This document shows positions 1-11,274 of a stretch of DNA of 55,526 nt, one piece after another (within the stretch, counting starts at the first letter, position 1; the number at the start of each line of letters is the position of its first letter). Location: NCBI RefSeq assembly GCF_903828115.1, contig NZ_CAIKKU010000632.1:1-55526 (forward strand). Direction: 5' to 3'. A program made the position numbers and the translations under genes. The notes beneath the pieces are model-generated. The model was given only the letters and a program-made list of their open reading frames with translations, was not told the DNA's origin and made no database searches. This stretch comes from an uncultured Thiodictyon sp. GTDB taxonomy: Bacteria; Pseudomonadota; Gammaproteobacteria; Chromatiales; Chromatiaceae.

Positions 1-3000
1 GTCATCGGCCAGGCCTGCGAGTTCGATTACTCCGGCGCCCAGGCCTGCAAGGCGCTGCGCGAGGAGGGCTTTCGGGTCATCCTGGTGAACAGCAATCCGG
101 CCACCATCATGACCGACCCGGAGATGGCCGACGCCACCTATATCGAGCCGGTCACCTGGCGCGCGGTGGCCGCCATCATCGAGAAAGAGCGCCCCGACGC
201 GCTGCTGCCCACCATGGGCGGGCAGACGGCGCTCAACTGCGCGCTCGACCTGGTGCGCCGGGGCGTGCTGGAGCGCTTCGGGGTGGAACTGATCGGCGCC
301 TCGCGCGAGGCCATCGACAAGGCCGAGGACCGCGACCTGTTTCGCAAGGCGATGCGCAAGATCGGGCTCGACATGCCCCGCTCGGCCATCGCCCACAGCC
401 TGGAGGAGGCGATCCAGGTCCAGGCCTCCATCGGCTACCCGTCCATCATCCGGCCCTCCTTCACCATGGGCGGGAGCGGCGGCGGGATCGCCTACAATGA
501 GGAGGAGTTCGAGGAGATCTGCCGCCGCGGACTGGACCTGTCGCCGACCCACGAGCTGTTGATCGAGGAGTCGGCCCTGGGTTGGAAGGAATACGAGATG
601 GAGGTGGTCCGCGACCACACCGACAATTGCATCATCATCTGCTCCATCGAGAACTTCGACCCGATGGGGGTGCATACCGGGGACTCCATCACGGTCGCCC
701 CGGCCCAGACCCTGACCGACAAGGAATACCAGATCATGCGCGACGCCTCGCTCAAGGTGCTGCGTGAGATCGGGGTGGATACGGGCGGCTCCAACGTCCA
801 GTTCGCCATCAATCCCGACGACGGGCGCATGATCATCATCGAGATGAATCCGCGCGTCTCGCGCTCCTCGGCCCTGGCCTCCAAGGCGACGGGGTTTCCC
901 ATTGCCAAGGTCGCGGCCAAACTCGCGGTGGGCTATACGCTCGATGAACTGCGCAATGACATCACCGGTGGGGCGACGCCGGCCTCGTTCGAGCCGTCGA
1001 TCGACTATGTGGTCACCAAGATCCCGCGCTTCGCCTTTGAGAAGTTCCCCCAGGCCAATCCGCGGCTTACCACCCAGATGAAATCGGTAGGGGAGGTGAT
1101 GGCCATCGGGCGCACCTTCCAGGAATCGCTGCAAAAGGCCCTGCGCGGGCTGGAGACGGACCGCTATGGGCTCGACGAGGTCGTCGACCTCAAGCACCCG
1201 GAGGCCCGCAATACGATCAAGCACGAGTTGCGCCAGGCCGGGTCCGAGCGCATCTTCTATCTGGCGGACGCCTTCCGCGCCGGGATGGACTGCCGGGAGA
1301 TCTATTCACTGTGTCAGATCGACCCCTGGTTCCTGGCCCAGATTCATGACCTGGTCGAGACCGAGGCTCAGGTCCGCCAGGCCGGTGTGGCGGCACTGGA
1401 CGCGCAGCGACTCTATGCACTGAAGCGCCAGGGCTTCTCCGATCGCCGCCTGGCGCGCCTGACCGCCGCCACCGAGCAGGAGATCCGGGAACTGCGCCAT
1501 TCACTCGGGGTGCGCCCCGTCTATAAGCGAGTCGACACCTGCGCCGCCGAGTTCGCCTCCAGCACCGCCTACCTCTACTCCACCTATGAGGAGGAGTGCG
1601 AGGCGCAGCCCACCGACCGGCAGAAAATCATGGTGCTGGGCGGCGGTCCGAATCGCATCGGTCAGGGGATCGAGTTCGACTATTGCTGCGTCCACGCCGC
1701 CCTGGCACTGCGCGAGGACGGCTATGAGACCATCATGGTCAACTGCAACCCGGAGACCGTCTCGACCGATTATGATACCTCCGACCGGCTCTATTTCGAG
1801 CCCCTGACCCTGGAGGACGTACTGGAGATCGTGGACAAGGAGAAGCCGCTCGGTGTCATCGTCCAGTACGGCGGTCAGACCCCGCTCAAGCTCGCCCGGG
1901 CCCTGGAGGCCAACGGGGTGCCCATCATCGGTACCACCCCGGACGCCATCGATCGGGCCGAGGACCGCGAGCGCTTCCAGCAGTTGATCCACCAACTGGG
2001 GCTGATGCAGCCGCCCAACGCCACCGCCCGCAGCGAGGCGGAGGCGGTGGCCAAGGCCGCCGCCATCGGCTATCCGCTGGTGGTGCGCCCGTCCTATGTC
2101 CTGGGCGGGCGGGCGATGGAAATCGTCTTCGATGAGATCGAGTTGGCCCGTTATATGAAGTACGCGGTGCGCGTCTCCAATGAGTCACCGGTGCTCCTGG
2201 ACCGCTTCCTGGAAGACGCCATCGAGGTCGATGTCGATGCCATCTGCGACGGCAAGGACGTGCTGATCGGCGGCATCATGGAGCATATCGAGCAGGCCGG
2301 GGTGCATTCGGGTGACTCGGCCTGCTCGCTGCCGCCCTACACCCTGTCGCAATCCACCCAGGACCGGATGCGCGTGCAGATGGCCCAGATGGCCCACGGG
2401 CTCAACGTGGTGGGGCTGATGAACGCCCAATTCGCCATCAAGGGTGACGATATCTATATCCTGGAGGTCAACCCGCGCGCCTCGCGCACCGTGCCCTTCG
2501 TCTCCAAGGCCATCGGGTTGGCCCTGGCCAAGGTCGCGGCCCGCTGTATGGTCGGCACCTCATTGGCGGCACAAGGATGCACGCGGGAAGTCCGGCCCAA
2601 ACACTACTTCGTCAAGGAGGCCGTCTTCCCCTTCATCAAGTTCCCCGGGGTGGATACGGTGCTGGGGCCGGAGATGAAGTCCACCGGCGAGGTAATGGGG
2701 GTCGGCGAGTCCTTCGGCGAGGCCTATGCCAAGGCCCAGGAGGGGGCCGGCACCCTGTTGCCGGTCAAGGGCAAGGCGATGCTCAGCGTGCGCACCGCGG
2801 ACCGGCCGCGCCTGATCCGGGTCGCCCGCGACCTGCTGGCCCTGGGCTTCAGCCTCTACGCCACCCGCGGCACGGCCATCTCGGTGCACGAGGCCGGGCT
2901 GCCCTGCGTGATCGTCAACAAGGTCATGGAGGGTCGGCCCCATGTGGTCGACATGATCAAGAACCGCGAGGTGAGCTTCATCGTCAATACCACCGAGGGC

Positions 3001-3153
3001 GCCCAGGCGATTGCCGACTCCTCCGCCATCCGCCGCGCCGCACTCCAGCACAAGGTCAGTTACACCACCACCATCGCCGGGGCCGAGGCCACCTGCCTGG
3101 CGTTGAAGCAACTCGACATCCTGAGTGTCAATCGGCTCCAGGACCTTCACTGA
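1..3153 (+). CDS. carB: Carbamoyl-phosphate synthase large subunit (5' end outside window)
   Basis: Frame is open from base 1 ([23 protein letters not shown]). Two ATP-grasp halves ([21 protein letters not shown]) and a C-terminal MGS domain; followed by greA. Confidence 0.99.
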   Translation, partial: VIGQACEFDYSGAQACKALREEGFRVILVNSNPATIMTDPEMADATYIEPVTWRAVAAIIEKERPDALLPTMGGQTALNCALDLVRRGVLERFGVELIGASREAIDKAEDRDLFRKAMRKIGLDMPRSAIAHSLEEAIQVQASIGYPSIIRPSFTMGGSGGGIAYNEEEFEEICRRGLDLSPTHELLIEESALGWKEYEMEVVRDHTDNCIIICSIENFDPMGVHTGDSITVAPAQTLTDKEYQIMRDASLKVLREIGVDTGGSNVQFAINPDDGRMIIIEMNPRVSRSSALASKATGFPIAKVAAKLAVGYTLDELRNDITGGATPASFEPSIDYVVTKIPRFAFEKFPQANPRLTTQMKSVGEVMAIGRTFQESLQKALRGLETDRYGLDEVVDLKHPEARNTIKHELRQAGSERIFYLADAFRAGMDCREIYSLCQIDPWFLAQIHDLVETEAQVRQAGVAALDAQRLYALKRQGFSDRRLARLTAATEQEIRELRHSLGVRPVYKRVDTCAAEFASSTAYLYSTYEEECEAQPTDRQKIMVLGGGPNRIGQGIEFDYCCVHAALALREDGYETIMVNCNPETVSTDYDTSDRLYFEPLTLEDVLEIVDKEKPLGVIVQYGGQTPLKLARALEANGVPIIGTTPDAIDRAEDRERFQQLIHQLGLMQPPNATARSEAEAVAKAAAIGYPLVVRPSYVLGGRAMEIVFDEIELARYMKYAVRVSNESPVLLDRFLEDAIEVDVDAICDGKDVLIGGIMEHIEQAGVHSGDSACSLPPYTLSQSTQDRMRVQMAQMAHGLNVVGLMNAQFAIKGDDIYILEVNPRASRTVPFVSKAIGLALAKVAARCMVGTSLAAQGCTREVRPKHYFVKEAVFPFIKFPGVDTVLGPEMKSTGEVMGVGESFGEAYAKAQEGAGTLLPVKGKAMLSVRTADRPRLIRVARDLLALGFSLYATRGTAISVHEAGLPCVIVNKVMEGRPHVVDMIKNREVSFIVNTTEGAQAIADSSAIRRAALQHKVSYTTTIAGAEATCLALKQLDILSVNRLQDLH

Positions 3154-3164
3154 GGACTCCACGA

Positions 3165-3641
3165 ATGAGCAAGGTACCTCTCACCGCCCGCGGCGCCGAG
3201 AAACTGCGTGAGGAACTGGAGCGCCTCAAGCGCATCGAGCGCCCGCGGGTCATCGAGGCGATCGCCGAGGCGCGCGCCCACGGCGACCTCAAGGAGAACG
3301 CCGAATACCACGCCGCCCGCGAACAGCAGAGTTTCATCGAGGGCCGCATCAAGGACCTGGACGGCAAGCTCTCCAATGCCCAGATCATCGACGTCACCAA
3401 GCTCCCGGCCACCGGGCGCGTCGTCTTCGGCGCCACCGTCCTGGTCCTGGAGGTCGAAAAGGACGAGGAGCGCAGCTTCCAGATCGTCGGCGACGACGAG
3501 GCGGATCTCAAGCAGGGCATGATCTCTATCAGTTCCCCCATCGCCCGCGCCCTGATCGGCAAGAGCGAGGGCGACGTCGGCGTGGTCGATGCCCCCGGGG
3601 GCAAGCGGGAGTTGGAGATGCTGGATGTCAAGTACATCTGA
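3165..3641 (+). CDS. greA: Transcription elongation factor GreA
   Basis: ATG 3165 after GAGGA; 158 aa with [18 protein letters not shown] and [14 protein letters not shown]; conserved carB-greA synteny. Confidence 0.98.
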   Translation: MSKVPLTARGAEKLREELERLKRIERPRVIEAIAEARAHGDLKENAEYHAAREQQSFIEGRIKDLDGKLSNAQIIDVTKLPATGRVVFGATVLVLEVEKDEERSFQIVGDDEADLKQGMISISSPIARALIGKSEGDVGVVDAPGGKRELEMLDVKYI

Positions 3642-3653
3642 GCAGGAGCAGAT

Positions 3654-3762
3654 GGTACGTTGTCGTTGTAGGTGTCGTAATCGTAATAGGAATCGTAATC
3701 GTTGTCGTAATCGAATAATCCGACCACGATTACGACAACGACAACGACAACGACCGCGTACC
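3654..3762. repeat. Palindrome of hexamer tandem units (CGTTGT/CGTAAT ... CGATTA/CGACAA)
   Basis: Left arm cgttgt cgttgt aggtgt cgtaat cgtaat aggaat cgtaat cgttgt cgtaat; right arm cgatta cgacaa cgacaa cgacaa cgac; closed by ggtacg/cgtacc. Lies between the convergent greA and patatin genes. Confidence 0.85.
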
Positions 3763-3822
3763 CGGGATCGCGGTCACCACATCAGTTTCGATCGCAGCCG
3801 TATCTACTGGACTTGCATCATC

Positions 3823-5067
3823 TCAGCGTTGCGCCGTGTTGCTCTTGAGAGCAAAGCCCGGCGGTGTCTTCTGCCAGGGGTAACCCTTGGCCGCCATCTC
3901 GTAGCCCAGGGCAAAGAGCTTGCGCATATACTGGGTATCGAAATCCTCCTTGCGCTGCGCCGTAAAACTGTCCGGGATGTAGGCCAGGTTGAAGTCGACA
4001 CCATCGCGTTGGGTGGTGAGATAAATGCGAAAGAGATCGCCGATCCCCTGGGTCTGGATCAGCGAGGAGATCGCCCGTCCGGCGATGGTCATGGTGCTGC
4101 GATCCACCTGCGCCCATTCCGGGTCCAGCCGACTGTTGCGGATGATATAGGCCCGCCGCGCGCGCTGCTGGATGCCAAGTTTGCGCGCCCCCGCCCTGAT
4201 ATCGAGCGAGGCGGGGTAGACGAACACCTGTGCCGTGGCACCGCCGTCCACATGCATCTCCTGATAGCGGCGGCCGTCGACCTCGACATCGATCATGGTC
4301 GGGGGAAAGGCGCCGGGGATGGCGGCGGAGGCCACCATCAGGGTGCGAAACAGTTCCAGCGCCTTGGGATCGCGGCTCACCGCCAGCTTACTCAGGTTCC
4401 AGATGACCCCGCGGCGCGCATCGAGATCCGTGGTCCCGACCAGGAGCAGGCGCCCCTTGGCATATTCGGCGGCGATGACATCCAGGAACGCCCGATCGAC
4501 ATGCCGGGCGATCAGCTTCCACAGGGGGGCATTGTCGGCCATGGCGTCGCCGGTCAGCGCCACGATGAGGTTGCGCGGTTGGGCGATGTCCTTGGCGGAA
4601 ATCGTCGTATAAACCTGCTTCAGCGTGGCGTCGTAGGTCGGCCCCGCAAAGGCGAAGGGTGCGGTCAGTGCCCCGGTGCTGATGCCGGTGACCAGCTTGA
4701 ACGCGGGCCGGTTGCCGGCGAGGGTCCAGCCATTGAGCAGCCCGGCACCGAAGGCGCCGTCGTCACCGCCGCCGGAGATCGCGAGGAAGACGGCCGGCGG
4801 CAGCGGGCCACGGTGACCCTGGCTGGCCAGGTAGGCTTGCTCGCGGGTGACGGACTCCGCCGCTTCGCGGGCCATCGCCACCTGATCCTGTGGGTTGCCG
4901 ATGCGGTACCGGATATTCGCCATTCCCGGGATCTGTGCCTGAGCCTGCAACCCTGGCGGAACGGCCGGTTGGCGGGTCAAGGTGGTGCAACCCTGGACGC
5001 ATAGCAGGGCGAGCAGCCCGATCAGTGTGGTGATCGCCATGCGCCCGTTCGGTATTTTCAGTCTCAT
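3823..5067 (-). CDS. Patatin-like phospholipase, probable lipoprotein
   Basis: Gly-rich SGGGDDGAFGAG, nucleophile motif GISTG, DGG motif (HVDGG), lipobox-like VQGC. Confidence 0.92.
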   Translation of the reverse strand: MRLKIPNGRMAITTLIGLLALLCVQGCTTLTRQPAVPPGLQAQAQIPGMANIRYRIGNPQDQVAMAREAAESVTREQAYLASQGHRGPLPPAVFLAISGGGDDGAFGAGLLNGWTLAGNRPAFKLVTGISTGALTAPFAFAGPTYDATLKQVYTTISAKDIAQPRNLIVALTGDAMADNAPLWKLIARHVDRAFLDVIAAEYAKGRLLLVGTTDLDARRGVIWNLSKLAVSRDPKALELFRTLMVASAAIPGAFPPTMIDVEVDGRRYQEMHVDGGATAQVFVYPASLDIRAGARKLGIQQRARRAYIIRNSRLDPEWAQVDRSTMTIAGRAISSLIQTQGIGDLFRIYLTTQRDGVDFNLAYIPDSFTAQRKEDFDTQYMRKLFALGYEMAAKGYPWQKTPPGFALKSNTAQR

Positions 5068-5178
5068 GAAGGTATGCTCAAGTTAGGGGCTCGTTGAGTT
5101 CGCTCATGCGCCGGCGATTATCATACCGGAAGCGCCGGCGCTCGGTACCGCGCCGGTGGTCACTCAGGGAATGTCGAA

Positions 5179-6036
5179 TCAATAGGTTTCCGCGATGAAC
5201 TTGAAGGGATAATCAGGTTCCCGATAGTCGTGGGGCTTCTGGCGCTGCGGCAACTCCACCCGGTCCCGCGGCAACTCCTCATAAGGGATCTGGTCGAGCA
5301 GATGGGTGATGATATTAAGCCGTGCACGCTTCTTGTCGTCCGACCTGGCCACATACCAGGGTGCAAACGCGGTATCGGTGGCCGCAAACATCGCGTCGCG
5401 CGCCCGGGAGTAGTCATACCAGCGGCTGTAGGACTTGAGATCCATCGGCGTGAGCTTCCAAACCTTGCGCCCGTCCTCGATCCGCGCGGAAAGTCGGCGT
5501 GTCTGCTCCTCGGGGGTGACCTCCAGCCAGTATTTGAGCAGGATGATCCCGGAATCCACCATCGCCTGCTCGACCGCCGGGACCAGGGTCAGGAATCGCT
5601 CCGCCTGGTCATCGGTGCAGAAACCCATGACCCGCTCCACGCCGGCCCGGTTGTACCAACTGCGATCGAAGATCACGACCTCGCCGGCGGCCGGGAAGTG
5701 CGCCATGTAGCGCTGCACATACATCTGGCTCTTCTCGCGGTCCGTCGGCGCGGGGAGCGCAACGACCCGAAAGACCCGCGGGCTCACGCGCTCGGTGATC
5801 GCCTTGATAGTGCCGCCCTTGCCCGCCCCGTCGCGCCCTTCAAAGACGATGCAGACCTTGAGGCCCCGGTGAACGACCCACTGCTGGAGCTTCACCAACT
5901 CGGCATGCAGCCCCGCCAGCGCGGCATCGTACTGTTTCGGTTTCAGCTTCTCTGGGGTCTGCGTTCCGTCGGGCTGCGCCTTCTCGATCTCCACCGGTGC
6001 CTTTTTGGTCGGTGTCTTGGGTGGCTTGGACTTCAC
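5179..6036 (-). CDS. ppk2: Polyphosphate kinase 2
   Basis: Walker A FEGRDGAGKGG and FDRSWYNRAGVERVMGFC; its GTG start overlaps the SulP stop (GTGA). Confidence 0.96.
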   Translation of the reverse strand: MKSKPPKTPTKKAPVEIEKAQPDGTQTPEKLKPKQYDAALAGLHAELVKLQQWVVHRGLKVCIVFEGRDGAGKGGTIKAITERVSPRVFRVVALPAPTDREKSQMYVQRYMAHFPAAGEVVIFDRSWYNRAGVERVMGFCTDDQAERFLTLVPAVEQAMVDSGIILLKYWLEVTPEEQTRRLSARIEDGRKVWKLTPMDLKSYSRWYDYSRARDAMFAATDTAFAPWYVARSDDKKRARLNIITHLLDQIPYEELPRDRVELPQRQKPHDYREPDYPFKFIAETY

Positions 6037-7742
6037 GGATTCATCTCCTGGGGTTGGTCCGACGCGCCCGCCTGCGAGCGGTAACGCTCCACGGCCGTCG
6101 GCAGATTGAACAGCATCCGCTCGCGACCCAGCGTCGCGCCGAGCGGCGAGCGCTGAACCATACCGAGCGCCTGCGGATTGAGCGCCACCAGCCAGAGCAG
6201 GCCGCCGCGGCTGCGCAGCAGCTCCTCGCCCTCGATCAGCATTTTGAGCGCCGAGTATTCGATGTCGGGCACCGCGCTGAAGTCGAGCGCCACGACCCGT
6301 GGCGCGGTGGCATCAATGAGTGCCCACAGCTGCTCGCCGATGCGCTGGGCGTTGGCGAAGAAGATCTGTCCCTCAGGGCGCACGAGCAGCAGCCCGGGGA
6401 CGCTCTCATCCTCTGGATGGTCATCAGACCTTGGGCGAAACACGTCGGTGCCGGGCTTGCGACCGAGGACGTAGAGGCGGGGGTGGGCGGCCTGATAGGC
6501 TAGGGCGACCAATGAGACGATGATCGCCACCGCGATCCCCTTGAGCGTCCCGAGCAGCACCACCCCGGCACCGGCCGTCAGCGCCCAGAGGAACTCCATG
6601 CGCCTGATCCGCAGGATGTCACGGAACTCCGTCGGCTGGATCAGGCCGATCGAGTACACGATCACCACGGCCGCCAGGGTCGCCTGCGGCATCAGCCCCA
6701 TCAGCGGTGCGAGCAGGACCAGGGTCGCCACGGCGACCGCGGCCGTCGTCAACCCCGCGATCTGGGTGCGGGCCCCGGCGCGCCGATTCACCGCCGTCTG
6801 CGAGGTGCCGCCGCCCGCGGGCATGCAGCTGAAGAAACCGCCGACGACATTGCCGAGGCCCGTGGCCAGCAACTCCCGGTTCGGCGCGGGGCGCGGCTCG
6901 CCGCGCCCCGCGAAGGCCCGCGCCGCGGCGATGGACTCGGTGAAGCTCATCAGGGCGATGCCGAGTGCGCCGGGCCAGAGCTGCTCGACCAGCCCCAGGC
7001 TCGGCGCGGTGAAGGGCGGCAGCCCTTGGGGGATGTGGCCCACCGTCTCTACGCCAAGACTCTGCAGCGACAGCAGGCCCGAGGCGGCAATACCGAGTGC
7101 GACGGCGACCAGCGGTGCCGGGGCGCGCGGGGCGAACCGCTCGATCCCCACCAGGAGGATCAGCATCGCGGCGCCGACCGCAAGCGTCGCCAGCGAGGTC
7201 TCAGGCAGATGGTGAACGAGCGCGAGCAGGTTTTGCAGGAACGAGCCCTTGTCGAAATGGATGCCGAGTAGCTTCGGCACCTGATCCAGCACGATGATGA
7301 GCCCCACCCCCGCCTTGAAGCCGGTCAGCACCGGCTCGGAGATGAAGCTGGCAACGACCCCCAGGCGCAGGATCGCGGCCAGGATCAGCATGACCCCGAC
7401 CAGGAGGGCAAGGGTCGCGGAGGCAGTCAGCAGCCCCGCCGCATCCCCGCCCGGCACCACCAACGCGAGTTGGGTCCCGGTCAGGATCGCCAGCGTGGTG
7501 GTGGTGCTGACGCTCAATGGCCGCGAGGTCCCCAGGATCGCGTAGATCACCATGGGGATGAAGGCGGTGTAGAGACCCACCTCGACCGGCAGCCCGGCGA
7601 CCGTGGCATAGGCCATGGCCTTGGGGACGACCACCGCCGCGGTGGTCAAACCGGCGACGAGATCAGGGCGCAGCCACTCACCGCGGTAACCGCGGATCCA
7701 GTCGAGGACGGGCAGGCCGCCCTGTGAAGCGTTAGCTCCCAC
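6033..7742 (-). CDS. SulP family inorganic anion transporter with STAS domain
   Basis: DLVAGLT..VVPKAMAYA..GLY and NRELLATGLGN motifs; C-terminal STAS (IFFANA, LDFSAV). GTG 7742 lies 8 nt after GAGGAG (track start 7751). Confidence 0.94.
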   Translation of the reverse strand: MGANASQGGLPVLDWIRGYRGEWLRPDLVAGLTTAAVVVPKAMAYATVAGLPVEVGLYTAFIPMVIYAILGTSRPLSVSTTTTLAILTGTQLALVVPGGDAAGLLTASATLALLVGVMLILAAILRLGVVASFISEPVLTGFKAGVGLIIVLDQVPKLLGIHFDKGSFLQNLLALVHHLPETSLATLAVGAAMLILLVGIERFAPRAPAPLVAVALGIAASGLLSLQSLGVETVGHIPQGLPPFTAPSLGLVEQLWPGALGIALMSFTESIAAARAFAGRGEPRPAPNRELLATGLGNVVGGFFSCMPAGGGTSQTAVNRRAGARTQIAGLTTAAVAVATLVLLAPLMGLMPQATLAAVVIVYSIGLIQPTEFRDILRIRRMEFLWALTAGAGVVLLGTLKGIAVAIIVSLVALAYQAAHPRLYVLGRKPGTDVFRPRSDDHPEDESVPGLLLVRPEGQIFFANAQRIGEQLWALIDATAPRVVALDFSAVPDIEYSALKMLIEGEELLRSRGGLLWLVALNPQALGMVQRSPLGATLGRERMLFNLPTAVERYRSQAGASDQPQEMNP

Positions 7743-7863
7743 CGTATGCACTCCTCACTGTTTGGTCAACCGAGTTCTCGCCCCGCCCCTGCCGTTGGTG
7801 GGCACAGAGATCGGAGCCGCGAGCAGCCGCGATACGAGGGCGAAGACCATCGCGCTCGACCGT

Positions 7864-8574
7864 TCAGCGCCCGTTGAGCGTTTCGTCCGGCCAGTAGCGG
7901 GAACCGGTCAGCTTGGCTGCGACCTTCCATCCCTTGCCGGTCAACACGAACACCGCCTTGCCGTCGGTGAAGCGCAGCCCGACCTGCTTCTTTTCATCGC
8001 CCGCCATGGCGCCCACCGCGGCCGATGCGTCCAGGCCCTTGGCAACGAATGAATCGAAGCTGGCGCGGTCCTCGAACAGGATCACGAGCTGGGAGGCGAA
8101 GCCGCCGAGTCCAACGCTCAAGCCCGCGCCGGTGGTCGCCATCTTCATGTAAACACGCGAGCCGGACTTGGCGTCGACCGCGACTCCGCGCCCGTAGCCC
8201 GCGACGACGTAGAAGCTCGCCTCCCGTTTGTCGAAAACCGCATAGCCGGCGCTCCGCTTGAACAAGGCGCGACTGCCCGGCTCCTGAGCAAACAGCCGCC
8301 GCAGCGTGGTCTTGGCCATCGTATCAAGTTTGGCCCGGGTCGCCGCGGGCGTGGCCTCGTCGCTCAGACTCTTCTTGGTCGAATCCACCGTGCCCTTGAC
8401 TGCGCCAGCGGCCTTGCCCGCCGCCGCCCCGGCGGTATCCACCGCACCCTTGGCCGTATCGCCGACCGCTTTCGCGGCCTTCGCCGTGCCTTCTTTCAGG
8501 CTGTCGAAGAGCTCGGCGCTCGCGAGCGGGGGTGCGAGCACGAGCAACAGTGCGACAAGAGAATGGATTTTCAT
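7864..8574 (-). CDS. Secreted YSC84/SYLF-like lipid-binding protein
   Basis: Signal peptide, Ala/Lys-rich repeats, then AGYAVF...GYGRGVAV...YMKMA..GAGLSVG typical of YSC84-like proteins; ATGA overlap with the upstream gene. Confidence 0.7.
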   Translation of the reverse strand: MKIHSLVALLLVLAPPLASAELFDSLKEGTAKAAKAVGDTAKGAVDTAGAAAGKAAGAVKGTVDSTKKSLSDEATPAATRAKLDTMAKTTLRRLFAQEPGSRALFKRSAGYAVFDKREASFYVVAGYGRGVAVDAKSGSRVYMKMATTGAGLSVGLGGFASQLVILFEDRASFDSFVAKGLDASAAVGAMAGDEKKQVGLRFTDGKAVFVLTGKGWKVAAKLTGSRYWPDETLNGR

Positions 8575-9932
8575 CTGTCTAAAGACTCCGATACGGATGG
8601 GAACGTCCAGGTGATAGGCCCGGTCTTGACGAGCTGCCGCCCGGGCTCGCCCAGCTTCTTGCGGTAACGCACAAGCTGAATCAGGTCCGAGCTGACCTGC
8701 GGATTACTGGTGAAATACGAGTGCCCGAAGAAATCGGTGCGCTTGCCCAGGTAAGAGATCATGTCCATGCGTCCCAATGCCTCCATGTAGCGCTGACCCT
8801 TCTCGGGGATGTCCTCGGGCCGCATCTGGCCCACCCGGTTGCGGCTGCGGAACAGGATCTGCGAGACCCGCAGCGCCCGGTCGTCGGGCGCCGTGTAGAT
8901 GGTCAGCCGGCCCTTCAGGACACGCGGCAGCTTGCCCTCGGGCCACACCGTGACCAGGTCGGGATCGGAGAGAAAACCGGTAAGCTGCTGGGCGGCGATG
9001 TCCAGATCGATGTCCGGGGAGAGCAGCACCAGGTTGTCGATCTTGTACAGATCGACCGGCTCCTTGCCGGCGGCGATCGCCTCGAGCCCCAGCTCGCGCA
9101 CCGCCTTGAGGGTCAGCGCGGTGCCGCGGCTGTGGGCCAGGATCTGCACCCTCTCCACCCCGGGGGTCGTCGCGAGCATGCGCAGGCTCTTCTTGAGATG
9201 CTCCACCGCGAAGTCAGCGGACTCGGTGGTGCTGGTGTAGGAGGTCAAGAAGTTGCCGCTGGCGGAGGCCGGCCAGGTGAAGAAGGCGCATACCTGCTCC
9301 CGGCCGAGGAAGTGGCAGAGCTCTGCGGCGGTATAGGCCGCGGTGGCGAAGGTCTCGTTGAAGCCGTGCACGTAGAGCAGGACTTCCTTCTTGGGTGCGG
9401 CGGCGAGCCGGCGCTGGACCTCACCCTGGAGCCTACCCTTGGCCTCGTAGTGGCTCGCCAGCTCGGCACGATCCCGCAGCAGCTTCCCGTTCTCTGCCCG
9501 GTGCAAACGATAGGGCTCAATGGGGAAGGCCCCCAGCTCCCGCACCTGACCCAGTTCCAGATCGACCTGGCGCGTACGCTTGGCCAGTTGGCTTTGCTGC
9601 GTCATGGTCTCCCAGTCCAGCCCCGGCACCACGCGGACCTGGGCGGAGCCGAAGGCGATGCGCCGGGCGCGGTCTTGGCCGTAGGTCAACGGGCCCTGGT
9701 CCGTGTCCTGCGCTGCCAGTTCCGCGGCCGTCGGCGGTGCCCGGTCGGTGATGTAGAGGAGATCCAGGTCCGGGCTGCGGCGCGCCTCCTTGGGTAGATC
9801 GAAGACCGGCTGGCCGCCTGGCAGTTGGTACAGGGTCGGGGTCGGCATCAGTTGGCGCGCGCTGGTGGCGCAGCCGCCGATCAGTAGGGCGGCCAGCAGT
9901 CCGGCGGCGACCTCGGCGGGTCTCAACAACAT
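8571..9932 (-). CDS. Alpha/beta hydrolase (DUF900-like), lipoprotein
   Basis: Lipobox LIGGC; LLYVHGFN, ILAHSRG, LLSPDID and GHSYF motifs. Confidence 0.88.
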   Translation of the reverse strand: MLLRPAEVAAGLLAALLIGGCATSARQLMPTPTLYQLPGGQPVFDLPKEARRSPDLDLLYITDRAPPTAAELAAQDTDQGPLTYGQDRARRIAFGSAQVRVVPGLDWETMTQQSQLAKRTRQVDLELGQVRELGAFPIEPYRLHRAENGKLLRDRAELASHYEAKGRLQGEVQRRLAAAPKKEVLLYVHGFNETFATAAYTAAELCHFLGREQVCAFFTWPASASGNFLTSYTSTTESADFAVEHLKKSLRMLATTPGVERVQILAHSRGTALTLKAVRELGLEAIAAGKEPVDLYKIDNLVLLSPDIDLDIAAQQLTGFLSDPDLVTVWPEGKLPRVLKGRLTIYTAPDDRALRVSQILFRSRNRVGQMRPEDIPEKGQRYMEALGRMDMISYLGKRTDFFGHSYFTSNPQVSSDLIQLVRYRKKLGEPGRQLVKTGPITWTFPSVSESLDR

Positions 9933-10041
9933 CGTATGGATTCCACAGGAGCGTGACGCTGGCCCGGCGCCGCGGGCAACGGTTGAATCGGAGTATGCAC
10001 GACGCGCGCCGACCGCAGGGCCGGCGCGCGTCGTGCCATCG

Positions 10042-11271
10042 TCAATGCCCGCCGAAGACCAGCACCTGCATCGGCAGCAGCAGGGCCTGGATGCGCAGGA
10101 TCATCGCGTGCACGAGGCCGACCGTATCGATGGCGTGCAGCCCGAAGCGGTGCAGCGCGCCGATATCGTTGGACTGCAGCGCCTCGTAATTGCTGGTATA
10201 GGCGTTGGCGATACAACTGCCGCCCTGCGGCAGGGCGTCGAGCTGACCCGGGTAGAGCGGCTCCATGATGACCGTAATGGTGCCGGGGACGGCCATCTGC
10301 TGGACATCGAGCAGTTGGTCGGTCTGGCGCACTTGGCCGGAGGCGATGACATTCTGGACCTCGGTCACGACCACCGGGACGATCCGCCAGGGCATGGCGA
10401 TGCAGGTGACCTCGCCGATCATGCCCACCTTCATCACCTGCGCCTCGATCTGCCCGAACCCGGCCACCAGGCCGGTGGCGCGGCGCTCCGGCACCAGGAT
10501 GCCGGCCGGTTTGACCATCGGGTTGACCACGTCGCCCGGCCGCAGCGCGAACTGTTGCAAGATGCCGTCGGTCCCGGCCACGACCAGGGTCTTCTTGAGG
10601 TCCACCTGGGCCTCGCGGAGCGCCGCCTCGGCGCTCGCCTTCTCCGCCGGGAGCTTGTCCTCAAGCTCCGACAGGGTGCCGGTGCGGGCCGCCACCGCGG
10701 CCTCGACGGCACCCTCCTGGGTGTCGACCTGCACGCGCATCCGCTCGATATCGCGCACCGCAACCGATCCGGGGCTGCGGCGCTGCACTTGCTCCCGGGC
10801 CGCGAGTTCGTCGACGGCCTGCTTGAGCGCGGCGCGCGCCTGGACGACCCGCGCATCCGCCTCCGCCAACTGGGACTTGGCCCCGACCATGGCGGCCTCG
10901 ACCTCAGCGATCTTGCGTTGGGCCGTGGCCGCCGCCGCCTCCTGCTCGGTGCTGTCCAGCCGGAACAAGGGTTGCCCGGCCTTCACCCGTTCGTTGAGTT
11001 CGACGAAGGTCTCGGCCACCCGGCCGACCTTCTCCGGCATGATGGTCACGGTGCGAAACATCGAGTTGGCGGACTTGGTCGCGGGATGAAAGTAGAAGAT
11101 GGTGGTGATCAGGCTGAGTGTCAGCAGCAGGCAGAGGGTGATCCCCCAGCGCAGCTCGAACCAGACGGTGAACAGATTGATCTCGTGCCCCAGCCGCTTG
11201 CCCTGTACGAAGCGGCGATAGAGGAAGTCCGGCAGGATGGTTAGCATCGAACAGAGGAATAGCTCGACCAT
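10042..11271 (-). CDS. HlyD family membrane fusion protein (YibH/YiaV-like)
   Basis: N-terminal TM segments, lipoyl-like halves (V..NERVKAGQPLFRLD; VVAGTDG..LRPGD) and a coiled-coil hairpin. Confidence 0.9.
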   Translation of the reverse strand: MVELFLCSMLTILPDFLYRRFVQGKRLGHEINLFTVWFELRWGITLCLLLTLSLITTIFYFHPATKSANSMFRTVTIMPEKVGRVAETFVELNERVKAGQPLFRLDSTEQEAAAATAQRKIAEVEAAMVGAKSQLAEADARVVQARAALKQAVDELAAREQVQRRSPGSVAVRDIERMRVQVDTQEGAVEAAVAARTGTLSELEDKLPAEKASAEAALREAQVDLKKTLVVAGTDGILQQFALRPGDVVNPMVKPAGILVPERRATGLVAGFGQIEAQVMKVGMIGEVTCIAMPWRIVPVVVTEVQNVIASGQVRQTDQLLDVQQMAVPGTITVIMEPLYPGQLDALPQGGSCIANAYTSNYEALQSNDIGALHRFGLHAIDTVGLVHAMILRIQALLLPMQVLVFGGH

Positions 11272-11274
11272 GGC

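Noticed and set aside
3589-5004. 471-aa plus-strand ORF with RCRNRNRQRQ repeats
   Set aside because: It is the translation of the hexamer palindrome plus the antisense of patatin; a shadow ORF.
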